This document shows, piece after piece, positions 55,265 through 64,000 of a stretch of 64,000 nt of DNA. Both the position numbers and the translations under genes were made by a program. Below the pieces are notes generated by a model. The model saw only the letters and a list, made by a program, of their open reading frames with translations, was not told where the DNA came from and made no database searches. The DNA is from Octopus vulgaris (Eukaryota): assembly GCA_951406725.2 (NCBI GenBank), contig OX597841.1, positions 15,748,001 to 15,812,000 of the forward strand, in the 5' to 3' direction. Within the stretch, counting starts at the first letter, position 1. Every line of letters begins with the position of its first letter.

Positions 55265-55648
55265 TCTGACTGCGGCCATGCTGGAGCACCACCTTGAGTC
55301 GAACAAATCTACCCAGGTACCTTTTTATTTTTTTGAAGTCTGGTACTTATTTTATCTGTCCATTTCGCTGAACTGCTAACTTACAGGGACGTAAACACAC
55401 CAACAACGGTGGTAATTCGGTGGCGGAGGGCAAACACAGACACAAAGACACACACACACACTCATCCTCCATATATATGTATATTTTCCTCTGTCTTCCC
55501 TTCTCTGGATCTTTCCTTCTCCTATGTTTCCGACGAAGAGCTCCGCTCGAAACGTTAAACCCTCCTTCTTTCCTGAGCGTTCAATAATACTATATTTGTT
55601 CCACGTCCTCGCGTTGTTGTGTTTTTTTGTGCTTTCTTGTTTGGATTA

Positions 55649-55699
<51 letters not shown>

Positions 55700-55836
55700 G
55701 ACAGGATTCTTTCAGTTTCCGTCTACCAAATCGACTCACAAGGCTTTGGTCGGCTCGATGCTATAGTTCAGTCCCACGCAATGGGATTGAACCTCGAACC
55801 ATGTGGTTGAGAAGCAAGCTTCTTACCACACAGCCA
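55265..55836 (-). mobile_element. Diverged SINE family A with a foreign insert (~55480-55652) in its internal microsatellite
   Basis: 3' half 55265-55460 and 5' half 55695-55836 flank the insert. Confidence 0.75.
55526..55560 (+). ncRNA. Minimal hammerhead-like motif (U4 to C in this copy)
   Basis: GTTT-CCGACGA-A-GAGC-tcc-GCTC-GAAA-CG-TT-AAAC; host insert ends TTTTGTGCTTTC.TGTTTGGATTAACT(TA)n like 45102-45130. Confidence 0.6.
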
Positions 55837-56155
55837 ATGTGCATTTATATATAATCTATTTTTTCGTTATTTTTCACTTGCCCTACGTTAAATGTTGTGT
55901 TATTTCTCCTTGGAAACAATTTTTAGTGGCTATACCATAGCGGATCTATTTTTAGCACTAGAGTCGACCACATAGTTGTTACTCTCTCATATTTATGTAT
56001 ATATGTATATATGTATGTATTCATGTATGTATGTATGTATGTATGTATGTGTGTATGTATGTGTGTATGTATGTATGTATGTATGTATGTATGTATGTAT
56101 GTATGAATGTATGTATGTATGTATGTATGTATGTATGTATATATATATAGATAAC

Positions 56156-56451
56156 AACAATTGCAGCGTGGAAGGTGTTTGTAAGCCATTCAAGAAACAC
56201 ACAAAAGCCGTTCGATTCACTCCAACATTTAAGTTTAATTTGTCAAAATATTTTCGTCGCTAAAATCCGCGACCTGTTCACTGACCTGTTCACTGACCTG
56301 TTCAATGCAGCACGGATTTTTGTCAGTGAACAGGTCGCGGATTTTAGCGACGAAAATATTTTGACAAATTAAACTTAAATGTTGGAGTGAATCGAACGGC
56401 TTTTGTGTGTTTCTTAAATGGCTTACAAACACCTTCCACGCTGCAATTGTT
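56156..56451. repeat. 130-bp near-perfect inverted repeat, 36-nt spacer
   Basis: 56156-56285 vs 56322-56451, one mismatch seen; spacer contains tandem CTGTTCACTGAC. Confidence 0.92.
56319..56368 (+). ncRNA. Hammerhead-like motif with G3-C8 swapped core
   Basis: TTTGTCA-GTGAACA-G-GTCGC-ggatttta-GCGAC-GAAA-ATAT-TT-TGACAAA: 7-bp stem I, 5-bp stem II, palindromic stem III. Confidence 0.65.
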
Positions 56452-57276
56452 TTCGTTTCAGCACACGATCTCAGATCAAATTACTTGCTATGCGAGTACA
56501 TCCCCTATATATAGATAGATATAGATATATATATATGTCTGTTTGTGTGTATGTGTGTGTAGTAAAATAAGGATTCCGATAGAATTAGGTGCTTGAAAAG
56601 AAATGCACCAGGTAGGGTTGGATAAAACCGTGGTTCCGGCCTATGGTTGGTAAGTACCAAATGGGACATTCCGGTTGTGTACACTGAGAAACCGGGTGTT
56701 TTGTAATGAACAGATGTCCTCATTCTTCTATTTAAAAAAAAATGTGTTAGAAACAGCTGTAATGATCTGACGATTATCGGTCGTCTGTTATTATTCATAT
56801 TTATATAAAGAGAGAGAGAGGAGGAGAGAGGGGAGGAGAGAGGGGGCTGTGTTTATGTATACATGTAGGGAAAGGGTGCAGTAATGAAACTGTGTCCCTA
56901 CTCAGGGTCCCCAATGCAACAGCTGAGAAACTTGATCTCCCTCGGCTTCTCGCTTAAAAGGAATGTTGTTCGTAGACTCCGTATTGTCGCTGTTGTTGTT
57001 GTTGTTGTGATAGTCGTTGCTATGGTTACGCTCCTCGGTGACTGTAGGTAGCAGTCGTAGTAGTAGTTTGTGTGTGTGCGTGTATGTGTGTATATATGTG
57101 TGTGTGTGTGTGTGTGTGTGGTTGTTGTCTGTATTGCTGGTCGTGATGGTGAAGGTAGAGTTGGTGATGATAGTGGTTAAGGGGTTGGGGGAGGGGAGGA
57201 GTGGTTGTGATAGCAATGGTGGTGGTGGTGGTGGTAATGGTGGTGGTAGTGGTGGTCGTCGTCGTAGTGACGGTAA

Positions 57277-57675
57277 TACTCTTACTCTTTTACTTGTTTC
57301 AGTCATTTGACTGTGGCCATGCTGGAGTACCGCCTTTAGTCGAGCAAATCGACCCCAGGACTTATTCTTTGCAAGCCTAGTACTTATTCTATCGTTGTCT
57401 TTTGCCGAACCGCTAAGTTACGGGGGAAGTAAACACACCAGCATCGGTTGTCAAGCAATGCTAGGGAGACAAACACAGACACACAAACACACACATATAT
57501 ATACATATACACAACGGGCTTCTTTCAGTTTCCGCCTACCAAATCCACTCACAAGGCTTTGGTCGGCCTGAGGCTATAGTGGAAGACACTTGCCCAAGGT
57601 GCCACGCAGTGGGACTGAACCCGGAACTGTGAGGTTGGTAAGCAAGCTACTTACCACACAGCCACTCCTACGCCT
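57277..57675 (-). mobile_element. SINE family A, full length
   Basis: Family A head, body and tail. Confidence 0.88.
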
Positions 57676-57970
57676 AATGGTACAATTTTAAAAAAAACTG
57701 GCCCCTATCGCGTTGTCTTCTTTTTTTTGCTCATTGCTTAACATTAAACGGGACTGCCGAGCAAAATGCTTTGCGGCACTATTACGTGTTTTTAAGTTCT
57801 GGGTTCAAATCCCGCCAAGGTCGACCTTGCCTTTCATCCTTTCGGGATCGATAAAATCAGCACCAGTTAAGCTCTGGTTTCGATTTAACTGGATTAGCCC
57901 CGCCTCCTTCCTCGAACTTGTAGGCCTTGTGCCAAACTTTGCAGCCGATATTAAAAGAATTGGTCTGAAT

Positions 57971-58136
57971 AGGCGTAGGAGTGGCTGTGTGGTAAGTAGC
58001 TTGCTTACCAACCACATAGTTCCGGGTTCAGTCCCACTGCGTGGCATCTTGGGCAAGTGTCTTCTGCTAGAGCCTCGGACCGACCAATGCCTTGTGAGTG
58101 GATTTGGTAGATGGAAACTGAAAGAAGCCCGTCGTA

Positions 58137-58205
<69 letters not shown>

Positions 58206-58444
58206 ATGAAAAGGAACACACGAGTTGATATATATGAAAAAATAAGTCAAGATAGAAAATGCTAAAATAATTTTATAAAGAACATTTCAGTACCGGTTTC
58301 AGTCATTTTGAGACCTTTTCAACTGTAACGATTAAATAATTAAATTTAGAAAAATTAAAAGAAATGTTTTTTTAAAGGAATATTTGTATAGTGTTCAAAT
58401 ATAAGTGGCATTTTCCTTGTTTCTGCCTTGCTCTGTCTCTCTTG

Positions 58445-58483
<39 letters not shown>

Positions 58484-58710
58484 TGTGTGTCTGTGTTTGT
58501 CCCCCTAGCATTGCTTGACAACCGATGCTGCTGTGTTTACGTCCCCGTCACTTAGCGGTTCGGCAAAAGAGAACCGATAGAATAAGTACTGGGCTTACAA
58601 AAAAGAATACGTCCCGGGGGTCGAGTTGCTCGAGTAAAAAAGGCGGTGCTCCAGCATGGCCGCGGGTCAAATGACTGAAACAAGTAAAAGAGAGTAAAAG
58701 AGAGTAATAC
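57971..58710 (+). mobile_element. SINE family A with a ~245-bp insert (58202-58446) in its internal (TA)n
   Basis: Family A halves intact on either side; (TA)n on both sides of the insert. Confidence 0.85.
58286..58327 (-). ncRNA. Hammerhead-like motif with U3-A8 core
   Basis: Minus strand CAG-TTGAAAA-GGTC-tcaaaat-GACT-GAAA-CCGG-TA-CTG. Confidence 0.5.
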
Positions 58711-58816
58711 CAAGAAGAACATAATGGATATTTAAAAACATAGCGGCCATTGAAATTAGGTGAATTGGTGCGCTTAGACTGAGAATTTGGAAACCGCTAC
58801 CGGTGATCCATGATCG

Positions 58817-59582
58817 GCACCACCACCACCACCACCACCACTACTACCGCCACCACCACCACCACCAACAACAACAACACAACAACAACGACAATACAAT
58901 AACCACCGCCTCCATCAACACCATGATCGCCGTCACCATGATCACGCCCACCACTGCGAGCACAACCGCCACGACCATCACCACCACCAACAACACAATC
59001 ACACCTTCCCCCATGATCACCACCACCACCACCACCCCGCCACTACCACCGCCACTACCACCGCCATGACTATCGCCATGACTATCGCCAACACGTCCAC
59101 CATCAACAACAGCCACATCAACACAATCATAACCACTACTACCACCACCACTCCAACCACCACCGCTACAATACAAAAACACCACTACTCTCGTGACTAT
59201 CGCCAATATTTTACCACCACCACCACAACCACTATCACCATCACCACCATCAACACCACCACCACCACTACCACCACCACTACAATCACCATCACCACCA
59301 CCATCACCACCACCTCAATCCCCATCACCACCACCATCACCATCACCACCGTCACCATTACCACCACCACCACCACGACTACCGCCTCCACTACAACCAC
59401 TATCACCAACAGCACCACCAACATCATCATCGTCATCACCACCACCACTACCAATATCAAAACCACCACCATCAGCACCACCTCAGCAATCGTCACCAAC
59501 CATTCACCCCGCAACAGCGTCCACTACCGCCACAGCAATGACAGGCACAACCACCACCACCACCACCACCATAGCCACCACT
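58817..59582. repeat. Degenerate (ACC/ATC)n tract
   Basis: Directly visible; explains poly-T/P ORFs. Confidence 0.92.
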
Positions 59583-59748
59583 GCCCTCCTCTAATCTCTG
59601 GATTAAGGAACGAGGTGTAAGACGGGGGATTAAGAGAGATTTTTGAGAAATTGCTATCTTCCAGCTAGACTGAATTACTTCTCTGTCTCTAACCCCGTCT
59701 GTCCGCCTGTCTGTCTGATTCCCTCTCACCCCCCTCTCTTTCTCTCTT

Positions 59749-59780
<32 letters not shown>

Positions 59781-59838
59781 CATGAACGTACATAGATGTA
59801 TGTATGTCTGTTTATGTATACACAAACGCGCAGCCATG

Positions 59839-59870
<32 letters not shown>

Positions 59871-60057
59871 CACAGTTATATATACAAATGCACATATACA
59901 TATGCACACATACACACACACATATGTATGTATAATCTAATTTGTATATATACATTTAATATCTGTGTTTGCGCACTTACCTACATGTCTGTTTCCCTAT
60001 CATCAATCTATCTTTGTATACTCTCACATGTATACATGGAGGCGTGCATGTGTATAC

Positions 60058-60104
<47 letters not shown>

Positions 60105-60256
60105 TGTCAGTGTGTGCGTGCGTGTGTCAGTGTATGTATACATATATATATATATCTGTATATGTATATGTATCTATATTTGTATACACACACACACACA
60201 CCGTTATACATATATATATATATATACTTATCTGTGTGTGTGCCTGTGTGCGTGCG

Positions 60257-60314
<58 letters not shown>

Positions 60315-60419
60315 GAAAGAGAGAGAGATACAGATATAGATATAGGTATATATATACACACAGACACACACACACACAAATATATATACTTATCTCTGTG
60401 TGTGTGCCTGTGTGCGTGC

Positions 60420-60474
<55 letters not shown>

Positions 60475-60499
60475 CAGATATAGATATAGATACAGATAT

Positions 60500-60549
<50 letters not shown>

Positions 60550-60850
60550 GCGCGCACATATTCGACAAGAACTAGAACGAGAGACATCTATCTGCAGACA
60601 CTGCACTATACGGCATGCGTGCATAAAACGATCTACAAACAACAACAACAACCGCATACAGAGAGACGCAAACAAATTGTATAAATAGATAAAGCATCAA
60701 AATACAAAGAAATGAAAACAACAAACCAAAATAGTGAACGAAAAGAAGAAATAAGAAAAAAAAAGAAAGAGAAAATAACCATTTCTTATTTACCACCGGA
60801 GAACTTAACGACCTCTTTGCTTTGTTTTCTGACTGATGTTGCTACTGTTG

Positions 60851-60927
<77 letters not shown>

Positions 60928-61037
60928 GTTATTATTGTTATTGTCAATATTATGTGTTGTGGTTATTTGCTTGTATGTTTCCAGACTGTTCTTGTATCCA
61001 CTTAGAATATATTCTATATAAGCTGAATCGAACATGT

Positions 61038-61093
<56 letters not shown>

Positions 61094-61159
61094 TTGCTAC
61101 TGCTGCTACTGTTGCTGCTGCTACTGCAAAGAATAATGATAACAGTAATAATAATGATA

Positions 61160-61957
61160 ATGCGTGGACAATTTCATAGGGATGTTGAAGAAAAGACAGA
61201 AAAAACATGGCTATGGGTGACTAAAAGTGATTTAAAACCGGAAACGGAGGCTCTAATCTGTGCTGCCCAAGAGCAAGCATTAAGAACCAATTACATCAAA
61301 TACAGAGTAGACAACACATCAGAAAGTAATAAGTGCAGAATTTGTGGATAAAATGGGGAAACCGTGTGGAATATTACCAGTTAATGTATGCCACTAGCCC
61401 AGAAAGAATATAAGAGGCGTCGTAGCAATATAGGAAGGATTTCTATTGGACACTTTATAGCAGGTATGGACTTCACAGAGCAGAAAAGTGACATCATCGA
61501 AAAGGATAATACAAAGATCCTATGGGATTTTATGATTCAGTGCGACCATGAGATAGAGAATAGGAAACAAGACATGGTGTTAATTGAGAAAGAAAGCAAA
61601 CGATGCTGGATCATAGATATAGAATGCCCAGCTGATAACAAGGCATGCGATAAGGAAGAAAGAAAAGTCGAGAGATATGACAGGTTAGCTTGGGAGGTAA
61701 GCAGTTGTGGTCGATGAAAAAGGTGGTAGTAGTACCAATAATTTTCGGAGTCCAGGGAAAAGGGAGTAAAAATTTTGAGAAGACGTGGAACAAATAAGGG
61801 CTGCAATAAAGATGGAGCACTTGCAGAGAACAGCACTCTTCGGAACCATCGAATACTCTGGATGGTGCTCGAAAAAGAAGAGGTGTTACCTTAGTTCATT
61901 AGTAGTGAACAACTGACACTGTAGTACATCTCCAGCATAAGAAGCTGTATAAAGGCA
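61160..61957 (+). pseudogene. R4/Dong-clade LINE 3' fragment (zinc knuckle plus restriction-like endonuclease) inserted in (TAA)n
   Basis: GQF.R...TWLW....LKPETEALICAAQEQALRT...CRICG...ETV..I...C, KILWDF.IQCD....RKQD.V......IIDI.CP......ERK..Y..L; stops and frameshifts; TAA/TGA repeats on both flanks. Confidence 0.88.
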
Positions 61958-62134
<177 letters not shown>

Positions 62135-62554
62135 GCAGATTCTGTGATCAATTTGATGAAACAATAGACCATATCGTCTCGAAAAAGGATTGCGGTGGAG
62201 CATTAAATCCTGAGAGGGTGGAGTTTAGAGGAGAAAATTTTAACATGAAAGCAGTTTGCAACCAACTGTTAGAAATGTTCTCCTGTCATTGGTATAATTA
62301 ATTATTAAAAGCAGCAGTTAATTAATGAAATAATATTATTTCTTAAGCGGTGAAATTTAGTTTTCAAGATCACAATTTCATTAGTTGTTTGTTTATAGGT
62401 TTTTTTTCTTTGTTTCAGTCATTTGGCAGTGCTTCGAACGGTTTTAGTCGAACAAATCGACGCCAGGGCTTATTTTTTAGGCCTAGCACTTATTTTATCG
62501 GTCTCCTTTGCCAAGTTGTGGGGATATTATGGGGATGTGAAGACACTAAAATGC

Positions 62555-62585
<31 letters not shown>

Positions 62586-62805
62586 CATACATATAAAATT
62601 AAATAAAATATCTATGTAGTCGACCGGTTTCGCTCAAACACATCATGATTACGTATTTAGAGACAATGTTACGCTTTCATGCTACCACAATAGTATGTTT
62701 TCATTCCATGTGAATGAAGGCAGGATATTTTGAAAATGAATCATATATCATACACACACACACACACACACACACATATATGCATAGACATACATCTCAA
62801 CAAAA

Positions 62806-62843
<38 letters not shown>

Positions 62844-62940
62844 TGAGGGAGATAAATTGAATATTAATTTAATTAATAACAATTTAGAACCAGTAGCCTA
62901 GCATATATTAAAAGAATCTGAAAAATCAGAAAATTTTTCA

Positions 62941-63169
62941 ATACATGTGTATATTTAGGGATAAACCACTAGGTGGATAACCATAGGCTAGAAGAAGATT
63001 ACATCTTCTTCTTGATTTTTTATATAATTTTCATCTGTCTTTCTCGCTTATGTTCTGGTGTTCACTGAATTTTCTCTGGAGAACATTTTTTTCTCTTTGT
63101 AGTTAGATCTTATGTGATCTTCTTCTAGTGTATGGTTATCCACCTAGTGGTTTATCCCTAAATATACAC

Positions 63170-63175
<6 letters not shown>
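62941..63175. repeat. 64-bp inverted repeat with 107-bp spacer, abutting (TA)n
   Basis: 62941-63004 vs 63112-63175, three mismatches seen. Confidence 0.85.
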
Positions 63176-63215
<40 letters not shown>

Positions 63216-63425
63216 CTTACAAAATAAGGGCAAAAGAAAAATTCTAATGCCAAATATGCCGAAAAAAAGACAAAATTGTCAGTAACCATTATAATTTATG
63301 CGTCTCAAAACAAGCCGATAGAAGTTTCTAAAAAATCAGTTATTACCGTATTGGTCCCAATTTCGGGGTTAATTCATAAGAATTTTCCCCTCGTCACATT
63401 AGTTATATATACATATATATATATT

Positions 63426-63493
<68 letters not shown>

Positions 63494-63885
63494 TTGTTCT
63501 TCGTAATAGAAACTTTCTGGGTCTCTCTTGAGTCTGATAGCAACAGATGAAACGCTGTGTAAACAAAGTGACAAAAGTCTTATTAAAAGAATTTCCGCCA
63601 TCAGCAGCCAAACGATCAGATATTAATCACAGTTTTTTTTTAAAAAGATTAATTAAGATTAAATGAAAGTTGCAAAACTACTTAAGCGAGAATATATTGT
63701 TGGTTGTAACTGTAAACATTAAACCTAGCAGGTTTTTCAATTACGGACCGCAAGTTATTACATTTTGATATGTATAGGCGTACGTGTATATGTATATGTG
63801 TATATAATATATATATACATTTACACACCACACACACACACACACACACACACACAAGTATATATATATATTTATATATATATAT

Positions 63886-63920
<35 letters not shown>

Positions 63921-64000
63921 CATATACATGATACAGATATATAGACATATGAGTGTGTATTTAAAAACATAACTGTATACATATACATGCAAATGTATGT

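Noticed and set aside
62619-62650. Minus-strand GAAA-CCGG-TC half motif
   Set aside because: The upstream core and stem II are not recognisable

Overview
Repeat-dominated, AT-rich eukaryotic DNA with no recognisable host protein-coding gene, rRNA, true tRNA or CRISPR array. It is most likely intergenic or intronic sequence from an octopus; this is inferred from the tRNA-derived SINE families and the extreme (TA)n/(CA)n/(TATG)n/(GATA)n load, not demonstrated. Almost all ORFs in the supplied track are translations of microsatellites or SINEs. Supportable content: about 20 copies of a CORE-like tRNA SINE (family A); a second tRNA SINE (family B) that recurs as head-to-tail arrays of a 184-bp module; fragments of a third SINE (C); decayed CR1, RTE and R4/Dong LINE 3' ends; maT (DD37D) and mariner (DD34D) transposase relics; MITE/foldback elements, one carrying TTAGGG repeats; a Helentron-like HINE; and a 217-bp tandem repeat. 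Two signals stand out. First, minimal hammerhead-ribozyme motifs of the Penelope-like-element type occur in short inserts embedded in or abutting (TA)n tracts, including apparent compensatory core variants (G3-C8 and U3-A8). Second, an invariant self-complementary junction GAAATA-GG-TATTTC joins SINE-B modules at 10 positions in 6 loci, compatible with a circular-RNA or template-jump amplification route. All family names come from pattern recognition, not database searches.
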